Origin: Mycoplasmatota bacterium
Lineage (GTDB): Bacteria; Bacillota_I; Bacilli_A; MAG-NZ
Reading direction: 5' to 3'
DNA: 64,000 nt
Assembly: GCA_018394315.1 (NCBI GenBank)
Contig: CP074575.1
Span: 1,334,615 to 1,398,614, forward strand
Position numbers and translations under genes: made by a program. Under the pieces are notes generated by a model. That model did not search any database, had not been told where the DNA came from, and saw only the letters and a program-made list of their open reading frames with translations. This document shows positions 41,559 to 53,100 of the stretch, piece after piece (the first letter of the stretch is position 1; each line of letters starts with the position of its first letter).

Positions 41559-43465
41559 AATCAGTAAACGCAATTAGAATGCTTGGTATGGCACAAATCA
41601 ATAAGGCTAATTCTGGACATCCTGGAATGGTACTAGGGGCAAGTCCTATGGCTTACGAATTATTTAAAAACCATTTAAATATCACACCGGATTATCCAAA
41701 TTGGTATAACAGAGATAGATTTATTTTAGCTGCAGGACACGGAAGTAGTATGCTTTATGCTTTACTACATCTAACTGGGTTTGATTTATCGATGGATGAT
41801 TTAAAAGGTTTTAGACAGATGGATAGTAAAACACCAGGACATCCTGAATATAAACATACAGAAGGAATCGATGCAACGAGTGGACCATTAGGTCAAGGAA
41901 TCGCAATGGGTGTTGGGATGGCTTTAGCAGAGACTGTCATGGCTAATAAATATAATAAAGACATTACTCTATTTGATTATTATACTTATGTTTTGTGTGG
42001 TGATGGTGATTTACAAGAAGGTGTGACTCAGGAAGCGATGAGTTTCGCAGGTCATAATGGTATAAACAAATTAGTTGTTTTATATGATAGTAACGATATT
42101 CAATTAGATGGTGGAGTAAGTTTAGCTCAAAGTGAAGATGTTAAAGGAAAATATGAAGCTATGAATTGGCATTATCAATTAGTAAGTGACGGAAATGATC
42201 TATTAGCTATTGGTGAAGCTATAAGAAAGGCAAAAGAAACGGACAAACCATCGATTATAGAAATCAAGACTATTATTGGATTCGGTTCTAAATTAGCAGG
42301 TGATTCAGCTTCTCATGGCTCACCATTAGGAAACGATTTAACAAACGAACTTAGAAAAGTTTTAGATTGGGAATATGATGATTTTGAAGTTCCAAGTGAT
42401 GTATATTCTGATTTTCAAGAAATAAAATCAAGAGGGAATAAAGGGTATGTAAAAAGTGTAGATAACTTTAAAATGTATCAAGAAAAATACCCAGAATTGT
42501 TTGCTGAATTAAATAGTGAATTAGAAACACCACTTATGAAGTTTGATAATGATTTAAATGAAGCAACAAGAGTTTCTAGTGGAAAGACAATTGATTTAAT
42601 TTCTAAGGAGATTCCTTATTTTATTGGTGGTAGTGCAGACTTAACTAAGTCAACTAAGGCAAAAGGAGCAGATGGAGATTTTTCTAAAGAGAATCGTAGT
42701 GGAAGAAATATCAATTATGGAGTAAGAGAACACGCAATGGGAGCTATTGCTAATGGTATTACTTTAACTGGGATGAAAACATTCACAGGTGCGTTCTTTG
42801 TGTTTAGTGATTATATGAAACCAGCTATGAGAATGGCTAGTTTAATGAACATACCAACTACGTTTGTATTTACGCATGACAGTGTAGCAGTTGGAGAAGA
42901 TGGGCCAACTCATGAACCCGTTGAGCAATTAGCTGGAATTAGAGCTATCCCTAATATGAACGTAATTAGACCAGCAAACGCACATGAAACAGCAGCTGCA
43001 TGGAAAATCGCAGTAGATAGTGATGCTACACCAACAACACTAGTATTTACTAGACAAAATTTATTGAATAACTCTTATTCGACATATGAAAATGTATTAA
43101 AAGGTGCATATATCATTTCAAGTGAGAATAAAAAACTTGATGGAATACTCTTAGCTGCTGGTAGTGAAGTAAATCTTGCAATTGAATCACAAAAAGTATT
43201 ATTATCTGAAGGAATAGATGTAAGAGTTGTATCTATCCCAAGTATGTTCATGTTTGATAAGCAAACAGAAGATTATAAAGAAGAAGTATTACCAAATGTA
43301 CCAACACTAGCAATGGAAATGGGTTCAGCAATGGGATGGTATAAATATACTAAGAATATCTTAAGTATAGATGAATTTGGGGCAAGTGCACCAGGACCAT
43401 TAGTTGTTGATAAGTATGGTTTTAATGTTGATAATGTTGTAAAAACATTTAAAAATATTTTGTAG
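41555..43465 (+). CDS. tkt: Transketolase
   Basis: SGHPG, NRDRFIL.AGH, TPGHPE, GPLGQG, GDGDLQEG, GEDGPTHEP. Confidence 0.98.
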   Translation: MKSVNAIRMLGMAQINKANSGHPGMVLGASPMAYELFKNHLNITPDYPNWYNRDRFILAAGHGSSMLYALLHLTGFDLSMDDLKGFRQMDSKTPGHPEYKHTEGIDATSGPLGQGIAMGVGMALAETVMANKYNKDITLFDYYTYVLCGDGDLQEGVTQEAMSFAGHNGINKLVVLYDSNDIQLDGGVSLAQSEDVKGKYEAMNWHYQLVSDGNDLLAIGEAIRKAKETDKPSIIEIKTIIGFGSKLAGDSASHGSPLGNDLTNELRKVLDWEYDDFEVPSDVYSDFQEIKSRGNKGYVKSVDNFKMYQEKYPELFAELNSELETPLMKFDNDLNEATRVSSGKTIDLISKEIPYFIGGSADLTKSTKAKGADGDFSKENRSGRNINYGVREHAMGAIANGITLTGMKTFTGAFFVFSDYMKPAMRMASLMNIPTTFVFTHDSVAVGEDGPTHEPVEQLAGIRAIPNMNVIRPANAHETAAAWKIAVDSDATPTTLVFTRQNLLNNSYSTYENVLKGAYIISSENKKLDGILLAAGSEVNLAIESQKVLLSEGIDVRVVSIPSMFMFDKQTEDYKEEVLPNVPTLAMEMGSAMGWYKYTKNILSIDEFGASAPGPLVVDKYGFNVDNVVKTFKNIL

Positions 43466-43624
43466 AAATATATATCTGGTTTTATCTTAAAGTAAGCGAT
43501 TATTCGCTTCTTTTTGTAGCTTGGTTCCATATTTATGTAAGATATCTAGCATTCTACAATTTCCTAAATTTTTGAAGTATAATAATATTAACTGATGAGT
43601 TTATCTATTGAAATGGGGTGGATT

Positions 43625-44137
43625 ATGTTTAAACTTAAACCAAGTAATAAGAATTTAGAAGAAATGTTGAGACTACCAAAAGTTTCAAACTATGATTATC
43701 TTTTAACTACAGACAAAGATTTGGTTGAAGACGACAAAATAAACATAGTTTTTAAAGAAGCTCAAACACACAAGATAAATAGACTACTAGACTTAATAGT
43801 TAACGGTGAAGAAGTATTTTTGGTTGGTCACAATGAAAGAGGTCAAAAGAGAGTAGAAGTAAGGTCTATTCAATATGTAGAGACGTTTGGTGATGACGTA
43901 TATCTAGTTATGAAAGATTATAGGTTGTTAACAAAAAATAAACTCTACCAATTAGAAAAAGAACTGAATGATATAGATTTCATTCGTGTAAGTAAATCTC
44001 ATCTGGTTAATATTGGCAAGATACGATACATCAAACCTGCAATTAATTCTAGAATAGAGTTGATTATGAATAATGATGATATCGTAGAGGTCAAAAGAAC
44101 TTATTTAAAGGACTTTAAAGAAACTTTGAAAATTTAG
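43625..44137 (+). CDS. LytTR DNA-binding-domain regulator without a receiver domain
   Basis: I.YVE, KLYQLE..L...FIRVSKS.LVNI..I, V.R.Y.KDFK..L. Confidence 0.88.
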   Translation: MFKLKPSNKNLEEMLRLPKVSNYDYLLTTDKDLVEDDKINIVFKEAQTHKINRLLDLIVNGEEVFLVGHNERGQKRVEVRSIQYVETFGDDVYLVMKDYRLLTKNKLYQLEKELNDIDFIRVSKSHLVNIGKIRYIKPAINSRIELIMNNDDIVEVKRTYLKDFKETLKI

Positions 44138-44143
44138 GAGGGA

Positions 44144-46246
44144 ATGAAAATGTTTAAAGAGATTTTAATTGGTTTATTAGCTGTAATTTCTATATTATAT
44201 TTTATTAAACTATTTAGAGAATCAAGATTTAACTTTTTGCTTAGAAATAAGCAAAAGCAAATGAGAGTAATTAATACTAATGTTAATTTTAAAAGAGGTA
44301 CATTAGTAAAAGCTTTAGTTCCAGCAATGACAATTGCGTTAGTTTTATTAGCAAATCCAGGTGTTGAATATAATAAATTTTCAAACACTAATCCAAATGT
44401 AAAAATAGCTGAGATCAACTCAAAAAGTGATATTATGTCAATTTATAAGGACTTCCAAGAAAACATAAAGAATGATGGGTATTTCGGAAGAGGCGTTATT
44501 CTTGAAGTAGAAAAAGAAACTGAAGCTCTTCCTGAAATGACACTAGATAATTCTGAATCAATGCCTACAGAAAAAGCTGATGATTATTCAGAAACTAATC
44601 TTCAAGTAGTAGGTGTTGATGAAATTGATAATGTTAAAACTGATGGAACATTTATTTATTCAATAAGTGATGGTAAAGTAGTGATTACTCAAGCTTATCC
44701 AGCAGAAGAATTATCAGTTTATAAGAGCATTAAGTATAATCTAGAAGAAGAGTGTGTTGAAGAGAATTGTTATTCAGAATATCCAAGTGGTATGTATGTA
44801 GATGAAGACTATTTGATAGTAGTTGTTAATAAAAACACTCGTGTAAACTGGAAATATTACGAAGAGAAAAAAGAGAATGAAGATGACAGTGTTAGAAATA
44901 TGATTATGCCATATTGGTATGGTTCGAGTGATACGGCAGTATATGTTTATGATAAAGAAGATAATTTCGAATTAGTTTCTACTTTCGAATTATCAGGTAA
45001 TATGATTGGTACTAGAAAAATAGGTGACAATTTATTTATTATCACTAATGAGTATGTCAACTATCAAGCTATGGAGGAAGATGAAAATCTAGACGTGTTA
45101 CCAACTTATAATATTGATGGTGAAGAATATACATGTGGTTATGAAGATTTAATCTATATTGAGGGAACTGATCCATATGGATTTACTAATATTTATGGTA
45201 TCGATTTAGATAAGAGTGATGTTGATCTTGAAACGATACTAGGTAGTTCATCACATAACATTTATGTTTCAAGTAGTAATATCTATACAATTGACCATAG
45301 ATACCATTTCTTTGGTAGATTAGAAGGTTTGATAACTGATGCTAGTGAAAATGAAGAATTAACTACCATTTCAAAATTCTCATTAAATGATCATGAAGTA
45401 GAATTAACAGCTACAGGTGAAGTTAAAGGATATCCATTAAACCAATTTAGTATGGATGAATATAAAAATAACTTTAGAATTACAACGACTACAGGTTGGG
45501 GAGAAAATGTTTTAAATAGATTATACATATTAGATGAAGACTTAACAGAAATATCTGTTGTTGGTGAAACAAAAGAAGATAAAATTGGTAAACCTGAAGA
45601 AAGATTACAATCAACTAGATTTGTTGGCGATATTGTATACTTAGTAACATTTGAAAGAACAGATCCATTCTATGTATTTGATTTATCAGATCCACAAGAA
45701 CCAAAAAAACTTGGTGAATTAGAAATCACAGGTTTCTCTAGTTACATTCAACAAATTGATAAAAACCACGTTTTAGGTATTGGTTTTGAAGCAGATGATG
45801 ATGGTAGAACCACAGGACTTAAATTATCTGTATATGAAATTGATTATGACACGGTAGATGAATTAGGTTTAATTAAGGTTGAGGAAATTCATAAAGAAGT
45901 AATTGGTAATGGAGAAGGTAGTTGGAACTGGGCAAGTGTAACATATAATCATAAAGATTTAATGTTTAACTTAAATAAAGGTATTCTAGGGTTCCCATTA
46001 TCGCAAACTATTACGGATGGAAAACTATGGCGTCATCAAAGTGGATTCTTACTTTATGATTTTAGTCTAGAAGATGGATTCAAACAAATTGGTTATGCAA
46101 CTCATGGTGTAGAAGACTATAATGACTATGTTTATAAGGGATTATACTTAGATCATAATTTATACACAATTTCAAATCACAAGATTGCAGTTTCACCTTT
46201 AGATGATGTAGAAAACTTTATCAAAATTATAGAACTAGTAGAGTAA
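44144..46246 (+). CDS. Membrane-anchored beta-propeller domain protein (Beta_propel family)
   Basis: YS.TN.QV.GVDE.D.VKTDG..IY, LNQFSMDEY...FRI.TT, RF.GD..YLVTF..TDP, GEL.I.GFSSY; two N-terminal hydrophobic segments. Confidence 0.85.
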   Translation: MKMFKEILIGLLAVISILYFIKLFRESRFNFLLRNKQKQMRVINTNVNFKRGTLVKALVPAMTIALVLLANPGVEYNKFSNTNPNVKIAEINSKSDIMSIYKDFQENIKNDGYFGRGVILEVEKETEALPEMTLDNSESMPTEKADDYSETNLQVVGVDEIDNVKTDGTFIYSISDGKVVITQAYPAEELSVYKSIKYNLEEECVEENCYSEYPSGMYVDEDYLIVVVNKNTRVNWKYYEEKKENEDDSVRNMIMPYWYGSSDTAVYVYDKEDNFELVSTFELSGNMIGTRKIGDNLFIITNEYVNYQAMEEDENLDVLPTYNIDGEEYTCGYEDLIYIEGTDPYGFTNIYGIDLDKSDVDLETILGSSSHNIYVSSSNIYTIDHRYHFFGRLEGLITDASENEELTTISKFSLNDHEVELTATGEVKGYPLNQFSMDEYKNNFRITTTTGWGENVLNRLYILDEDLTEISVVGETKEDKIGKPEERLQSTRFVGDIVYLVTFERTDPFYVFDLSDPQEPKKLGELEITGFSSYIQQIDKNHVLGIGFEADDDGRTTGLKLSVYEIDYDTVDELGLIKVEEIHKEVIGNGEGSWNWASVTYNHKDLMFNLNKGILGFPLSQTITDGKLWRHQSGFLLYDFSLEDGFKQIGYATHGVEDYNDYVYKGLYLDHNLYTISNHKIAVSPLDDVENFIKIIELVE

Positions 46247-46270
46247 AAGCGCATAACTATGCGCTTTTTT
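46245..46270 (+). terminator. Intrinsic terminator
   Basis: AAAAGCGCATA-ac-TATGCGCTTTT-TT. Confidence 0.8.
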
Positions 46271-46296
46271 CTTATAAACAAACTTAAAATCACTAA

Positions 46297-46370
46297 TTCA
46301 CAACTTGTTCACAAAAAAATCACAACTCTACCAAAAGTCGGTAGACTGATTGTGCTACGTCCTATATAAT
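46297..46370 (+). promoter_or_regulatory. Promoter of lipoprotein 1 with 11-bp-periodic direct repeats
   Basis: TTCACAA/TTCACAA/ATCACAA at 46297, 46308, 46319; TAGACT-N17-TATAAT at 46342-46370. Confidence 0.6.
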
Positions 46371-46406
46371 AAGACGTAATAAAAAATTAGAGGAGGAAAA
46401 AATTAG

Positions 46407-49400
46407 ATGAAGAAATTATTTTCATTACTGGCTGCATTAGCTTTAGTTTTAACTTTAGCTGCATGTAACCAAGATCCACAGGAAATAATCAAAGAAGTAA
46501 TCAAGGAAGTTGAAGTTGAAGTTCCTGGTGAAACTGTTTACGTAGAAGTTCCTGGGGAAGAAGTTATTGTTGAGGTAGAAGTGCCTGGACCAACTGTAGA
46601 AGTAGAAGTTATCGTTGAAGTTCCTACAGATGTAGAGAACACAAGATTCTACAAACCTGGTGTTTATTTCAATAATACAGAAATTGGAACTGACGGGTTC
46701 TATACTTACACTGTAGTTATCGTAGATGCTTACGGTAAAATCGCTGGTGTAATGTTCGATGAAACAAAAACTACAAGTGAGTTTTTAGTTGACGAAGATG
46801 GACAATTATATGTATTTATTGAAGGTGATGGTAAAACTGTACCACACACTTATAGAGCAATCGATTCTGATGCTGATTTCAGTGAATATCCAACTGCTGC
46901 AGATGCAATCACTGCTGATGACTTAGTAGTAGGGATTCATCAAACTGAAATCGCTGCTTTAACAGAAATCGTAGCTCATGAATCTCGCCAAATCTTAGGT
47001 GAAGAAGCTTGGGTTGAACAAACTGAATTATTAGCTGCAAGAATTATTACTGACCAAACTACTTATGGTGTTGATACTGCTGTATCTGGTGCTGCTGTAA
47101 CTGCTGTAAACGTTGAAGGTGTTAAATTAACTAATGTTGATGTATTATTAGGATTAGTTCAAGACGTTTTAGTTGGTGAAGCTAAATTAGAAGAAACTGA
47201 CGTATTAGCTACTACTCCAGTTCATGGTTTATATGAAACTGGTTATGAGTTTGGTGTTACTGGTAGACAAGTTGAAGAAAGTGTAAACTATAACACTGCA
47301 TTCGTAGCTGTAGACCAATACGGACGTATCGCTGGTGTTTATACTGATGCTACTGTAGCTGCTACTGTTGAAGGTGCACATTCAACTGAATGGATTTCAG
47401 GTGCAGATTTCGATAACCAAGCTAAAGCATTAGGTGAAGCTATCGTTAAAAACCAAGGTGTTGCGTTTAATCTTTATGAAACTACTGATTACTTAGTTGA
47501 AGTAGATGAAGATTCAGTGCATCATTACACAAACCAAGTTGAAGGTTGTACTGTTGCTGTTGAAGATATGTTAACTGCAATCAATGATTCTTTAACTGAA
47601 TTAAGTGAATGGGAAGGTACTTTAAATGATGGTACTTACGTTGTTACTGGTGAAATGAGTCACGGTGGACATGCAGTTATGACTGTTAATGTTATTGGTC
47701 ATAATGTTGTATCTGTTTTCTTAGACAACACTACTCCAGTTGAACAAGCTTCTGTTTATAGAGACGAAGAATGGTTCCCTGTTTATAAATTTGATAGAGA
47801 ATGGTTATCTGAAGCAAATGAAGAAGAATCTCAAACTATCTTAGTTTATTTAGATACTGATGAATATATATCTGTTAATGAATATATCGCTGTTGATGGT
47901 AAAACTATCGATGCAGGTGATGAAGTTACATTATCTGAAACTGAATTAGCTGGACTAGAAATCGTTCCTGGTAACTATACTAAACAAATCTTAACTGATC
48001 GTTATGGTATGAACCCAGAAAATAACTGGTATACTCAAGCTAACACATTAGCTGCTGAATTCGTTGAAGTTGGACCTTACGGGATTAACTTAACTGATGG
48101 TGAACATACTGACGTTACTGGTGTAACATTCGGTCATGTTGATGAATATCAACAATTATTAATTGAAGCAATATTATTAGCTTTAGAAGAAGATACTGCT
48201 ACTATTCCTGCAGCGTCTGGAACTTCTACAACTGTATTACCTGATGGTACTTACTTTGCAAGTTTAGAAGCAAACTCTAAAGCTCAACAATATATGGCTT
48301 ATATGGTTGTTAAAGGTGGAAACATTGAATCTATCGTATATGACGTTGTTTTAGCTGATGGAGAAAATGTTACTACTAAATTAGCGTTAGGTGATGCTTA
48401 TGGTTTAGCTGCTGTTTCTGAATTAGGTGAAGATGGATTAGAATGGTATGAACAAGCTGCTAAATATGCTGTTGCTGTTATTGAAAACCAAGCTGACATC
48501 GTTGATGAAATTGAAGATACATTTACATATGAATTAGGTGCTGACTTCGGTGCTGCTGATTTCGCTACTAATGTAGATGGTGCTGCTGGTGTTTCTATTA
48601 ATACAGCTTCATTCGAAACTTTAACTCAAAAATTAGTTGAAGAAGCTTTAGTTGCTAAAATCGAAATGGAAGCTAATTTAATCTTTGATGCAATAGAAGA
48701 TAAAGATACATTATTCTATTCTGAAATGGCTTCATTCAGTATCGGTGTAGATTCTAATGACTTTATATTCGGTACAAGTAACGCTTCATTCGAATTAGAT
48801 TGGGAAAGTTCAGATAATGATGTATTAGACGTTGATGAAACTGTTGGAACTCCTGTAACATATGACTTCGTAGTTGAAGATGTAACTGCTAATACTGAAA
48901 TTACTATTACTTATGTATTAACATTTGATGAGTATGAATTCACTAAAGATGTTACTTACACAGTTCAAACTGCTGCATCTGCTGAATTAGCTGCTTTAAA
49001 TGCTGAAGAAGATAGTTTTGATGCATTTACTCAAATTGAAGGATTTAACTTTGATTTAACAACTATCGACCCAACTGTTGCTACTACTGATGGAACATTC
49101 TTAGGATGGGCTGATGAAGATTATGATGAAACTGCTCCTGTATATTTAATTACTACTTCAGGATTAGGTGTTGGTACTCACACTTTAACAGCATTAGTTT
49201 CTTACAACGCTGATGGTGATACTGTATCAAGAGATTTAGTTGTAACTGTTGTTGATGTTGATGATGCTTTAGAAGAAGTTGCTGCTACAGTTAAACCTGC
49301 TAACATTTTACATAATGGTGAAGTAACTAGTGAAGAAACATTTGAATTTAGTACTACTTCAAACATTAAAGGTATCACTGTTTCATGGACAGATCCTGCA

Positions 49401-49874
49401 GTTGCAAATGTTACTACATGGAATGGTACTACTAATGAATTAACTATTTTAAGAAGTTACCAAACTGAAAAAATTATTATGACTGCAACAATTACTGATG
49501 GTACAACTGACGTAGTTAAAGAATTCGAATTTAGAGCTGTTCCTGCTACTGCTGAAATCGTTAAAGATAGAGTAGAAGCTGTATTAGAATCTGCTAGCTT
49601 AGGTGTTAAGTATTTCGATACAAATACTTTAACTAATGTTGTTACTGGATTAGATGCTAAATTAGGTGTATTCGGAATTAACGAAGCTGGTCTTGTTGAT
49701 ATTGATTGGTCAACTGATAATGCTGCTGTTACTGCTGGTACAGATTTAGTAGCTGTTGCTGGTACTGAAGGTACTGTTAAAGTTACTGCAAAAGTTACAG
49801 TTCAAATGAACGAAGACACTAAAGTTGAAGTTGAAAAAGAATTCGAAGTTATCTTATTTGATTCTGTTGCTTAA
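46407..49874 (+). CDS. Large acidic lipoprotein 1: four FMN_bind/PplA-like repeats plus Ig-like region
   Basis: Lipobox LAA-C20, EVPG repeats, four repeats of G.Y...V..G.I..V..D...W..Q...G(C/V)(T/S), C-terminal beta-rich W-containing repeats. Confidence 0.75.
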   Translation: MKKLFSLLAALALVLTLAACNQDPQEIIKEVIKEVEVEVPGETVYVEVPGEEVIVEVEVPGPTVEVEVIVEVPTDVENTRFYKPGVYFNNTEIGTDGFYTYTVVIVDAYGKIAGVMFDETKTTSEFLVDEDGQLYVFIEGDGKTVPHTYRAIDSDADFSEYPTAADAITADDLVVGIHQTEIAALTEIVAHESRQILGEEAWVEQTELLAARIITDQTTYGVDTAVSGAAVTAVNVEGVKLTNVDVLLGLVQDVLVGEAKLEETDVLATTPVHGLYETGYEFGVTGRQVEESVNYNTAFVAVDQYGRIAGVYTDATVAATVEGAHSTEWISGADFDNQAKALGEAIVKNQGVAFNLYETTDYLVEVDEDSVHHYTNQVEGCTVAVEDMLTAINDSLTELSEWEGTLNDGTYVVTGEMSHGGHAVMTVNVIGHNVVSVFLDNTTPVEQASVYRDEEWFPVYKFDREWLSEANEEESQTILVYLDTDEYISVNEYIAVDGKTIDAGDEVTLSETELAGLEIVPGNYTKQILTDRYGMNPENNWYTQANTLAAEFVEVGPYGINLTDGEHTDVTGVTFGHVDEYQQLLIEAILLALEEDTATIPAASGTSTTVLPDGTYFASLEANSKAQQYMAYMVVKGGNIESIVYDVVLADGENVTTKLALGDAYGLAAVSELGEDGLEWYEQAAKYAVAVIENQADIVDEIEDTFTYELGADFGAADFATNVDGAAGVSINTASFETLTQKLVEEALVAKIEMEANLIFDAIEDKDTLFYSEMASFSIGVDSNDFIFGTSNASFELDWESSDNDVLDVDETVGTPVTYDFVVEDVTANTEITITYVLTFDEYEFTKDVTYTVQTAASAELAALNAEEDSFDAFTQIEGFNFDLTTIDPTVATTDGTFLGWADEDYDETAPVYLITTSGLGVGTHTLTALVSYNADGDTVSRDLVVTVVDVDDALEEVAATVKPANILHNGEVTSEETFEFSTTSNIKGITVSWTDPAVANVTTWNGTTNELTILRSYQTEKIIMTATITDGTTDVVKEFEFRAVPATAEIVKDRVEAVLESASLGVKYFDTNTLTNVVTGLDAKLGVFGINEAGLVDIDWSTDNAAVTAGTDLVAVAGTEGTVKVTAKVTVQMNEDTKVEVEKEFEVILFDSVA

Positions 49875-49882
49875 TTATTAAC

Positions 49883-49918
49883 AAAAGGTGGAACCCATAA
49901 ATGGGCTCCCCTTTTTTT
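49883..49918 (+). terminator. Terminator after lipoprotein 1
   Basis: AAAAGGTGGAACCC-ataaat-GGGCTCCCCTTTT plus T-run. Confidence 0.75.
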
Positions 49919-49998
49919 GTTTATGCTACAAAACCAGACAAAATATACTAAATTTATTCATACTATTACAAAACTAGTAAGTACATATACCAAGTTGA

Positions 49999-50071
49999 TT
50001 CACAATTCATTCATATTTTTTCCATATTTTGTTAATAATCAGTTGACTACTATGCGTACCAAGTATATAAT
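49999..50071 (+). promoter_or_regulatory. Promoter of lipoprotein 2 with 11-bp-periodic direct repeats
   Basis: TTCACA/TTCATA/TCCATA/TTAATA at 49999, 50010, 50021, 50032; TTGACT-N17-TATAAT at 50043-50071. Confidence 0.6.
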
Positions 50072-50105
50072 AGGGTGTATTATAAAAAAAAGGGAGGAAA
50101 ATTTT

Positions 50106-53100
50106 ATGAAGAAATTATTTTCATTACTGGCTGCATTAGCTTTAGTTTTAACTTTAGCTGCATGTAACCAAGATCCAGAGGAAATAATCAAAGAAGTAAT
50201 CAAGGAAGTTGAAATTGAAGTTCCTGGGGAAACTGTTTACGTAGAAGTTCCTGGACCAGAAGTTACTAAGTATGTAGACGTACCTGGACCAGAAATTGAA
50301 GTAGAAGTTTATATTGATGTTCCTACAGAAGTAGAAAATACAAGATTCTACAAACCTGGTGTTTATTTTAATAACACTGATTTAGGAACTGACGGGTTCT
50401 ATACTTACACTGTAGTTATCGTAGATGCTTACGGTAAAATCGCAGGTGTAATGTTCGACGAAACAAAAACTACAAGTGAGTTCTTAATTGGTGGAGATCA
50501 ATTATATGTTTACGTTGAGGGTGATGGTAAAACAGTACCAAACACTTATAGAGCAATCGCTTCTAATGCTGATTTCAATGAATATCCAACTGCTGCAGAT
50601 GCAATCACTGCTGATGACTTAGTAGTAGGGATTCATGAAACTGCAATCGCTGAATTAACTGAAATCGTAGCTCATGAATCTCGCCAAATCTTAGGTGAAG
50701 CTTGGGTTGGAGAAACTGAATTATTAGCTGAAAGAATTATTGCTGACCAAACTACTTATGGTGTTGAGACAGCTGAATCTGGTGCTGTTATAACTGCTGT
50801 AAACGTTGAAGGTGTTAAATTAACTAATGTTGATGTATTATTAGGATTAGTTCAAGACGTTTTAGACGGTGAAGCTAAATTAGAAGAGTCTGAAGTATTA
50901 GCTACTACTCCAGTTCATGGTTTATATGAAGCTGGTTATGAGTTTGGTGTAACTGGTAGATTAGTTGGAGATAACGTAAGTTATAATACTGCATTCGTAG
51001 CTGTAGACCAATACGGACGTATCGCTGGTGTTTACACTGATGCTACAATGGCTGCTGATCTTGAAGGTGGACATGCGACTAACTGGATTACAGGTGCAAA
51101 TGAATGGGATAACCAAGCTAAAGCATTAGGTGAAGCTATCGTTAAAAACCAAGGTGTTGCGTTTAATCTTTATGATTCTACTGATTATGATGTAGTAATT
51201 GATGGTGATTCAGTACATCATTATACAAACCAAGTTGAAGGTTGTACTGTTGCTGTTGAAGATATGTTAACTGCTATCAATGATTCTTTAGGTGAATTAG
51301 ATGATTGGGGTACATTCAATAATGGTACTTATGTTGTTACTGGTGAAGTATCACATGGTGGACACGCGATTATGACTGTTGATATCGTTGGTAACGCTGT
51401 TAAGTCTATCTTCTTAGACAACACTTCTGCAGTTGAACAAGCTACTGTATTAAGAGACGATGAATGGTTCCCTGTTTATAAATTTGATAGAGAATGGTTA
51501 GATGCTGCAAACGAAGAACAATCTGAAACTATCTTAGTTTATTTAGATGTTGATGAATATATCGCTGTTAATGAATATACTGCTGATGGTAAAACTATCG
51601 ATGCAGGTGATGAAGTTACATTAACTGAAACTGAATTAGCTGGTGTAGAAATCGTACCTGGTAACTATACTAAACAGATTTTAAAAGAACGTTATGGTAT
51701 GAATGAAGAAAATAGTTGGTATACTCAAGCTAACACATTAGCTACTGCATTTGTTGCTGCTGGTAACCCTTACGAAGTTAATTTAACTGATGGTACTCAT
51801 ACAGATTTAACTGGTGTAACAATCGGTCATGTTGAAGAATATCAACAATTATTCGTTGAAGCATTATTATTAGCTTTAGAAGATGATTCTGATGCTCCTG
51901 CTGAATTAGTTGAATTTACTACTATTGGTGATCCTGATGCTGAATTAGCTGATGGTACTTACTTCGCCAGTTTAGAAGCGAATTCTAAAGGTCAACAATA
52001 TATGGCTTATATGGTTGTTGATGGTGGAGACATCCAATCTATCGTATTTGATGCTACACTAGTGAAAGATGAAGTTGTTACTACTAAATTATCTTTAGGT
52101 GAAGCTTATGGTATGGCTACAGAAGAAGATCAGTTAGAATGGAACATGCAAGCTGCCGCTTATGCTGCTTCTGTTGTTGAAGATCAAGCTGCTGTTGTTG
52201 ATACTATTGAAGCATCATTCACATATGAATTAGATGATGAAGTGCTTGCTGGTGATTGGGCTAGTGTTGATACTCCAGCTGGTGTATCAATTGATGTATT
52301 AAATTTCCAATCATTAACTGAAGCTTTAGTTAAACAAGCGTTAGTTGCTCAAATCGAAGTTGAAGCTGATGCAATCTTTACTCAAATAGCTGGTGAAGAT
52401 ACATTATTCTACTCTGAAATGGCTGTGAAACCATTCACATTTAATAGTACAGCGTTGACATTTGGAGATGACTCACAAGCTCTATTCGAAATTGATTTCG
52501 AAAGTTCTGATAACGATGTATTAGACGTTGATGAATTAGCAGGACCTCCAGCTACTTACCAATTTGTAACTGAAGACGTAACTGCTAATACTGATATTAC
52601 AATAACTTATACATTAACATTTGATGAGTATGAATTTACTGAAGATATTACTTACACAGTTCAAACTGCTGCATCTGCTGAATTAGCTGCATTAAATGCT
52701 GAAGAAGACAATTTCGATGCATTTACTCAAATTGAAGGATTTAACTTTGATTTAACAACTATCAACCCAACTGTTGCTACTACTGATGGAACATTCCTAG
52801 GATGGGCTGATGAAAATTATGATGCGGAAGCTCCTGTATACTTAACTACTACTTCAGGATTAGCTGTTGGTACTCATACATTAACTGCATTGGTTTCTTA
52901 CAATGCTGATGATGATACTGTTTCAAGAGATTTAGTTGTAACTGTTCTTGATGTTGATGCTGCTTTAGAAGAAGTTGCTGCTACAGTTAAACCTGCTAAC
53001 ATTTTACATAATGGGGAAGTAACTAGTGAAGCTGTATTTACATTCGGTAATACAACTGATGTTAAAGGTATAAATATTACTTGGAATGAAGATGTAGACA

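Noticed and set aside
43500..43590. LytTR direct-repeat operator
   Set aside because: Only a weak TGTAG/TGTAA pair 21 bp apart, not distinguishable from chance.
46297..46325. Rex operator
   Set aside because: TTCACAA is a Rex half-site, but here the copies are direct repeats, not the TTGTGAA-N4-TTCACAA palindrome.
46407..46466. Signal-peptide-derived pheromone (as for Cad/PplA) acting on the RRNPP-like receptor
   Set aside because: ALVLTLAA is generic hydrophobic signal sequence, and the receptor has a better adjacent peptide candidate.
46490..46625. GAAGTT/EVPG repeats as a CRISPR array or VNTR
   Set aside because: They are degenerate in-frame coding repeats of a linker, with no repeat-spacer structure and no cas genes.
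49917..50105. 63-aa extension of lipoprotein 2
   Set aside because: It covers the promoter. The RBS and the signal peptide identical to paralog 1 start at 50106.
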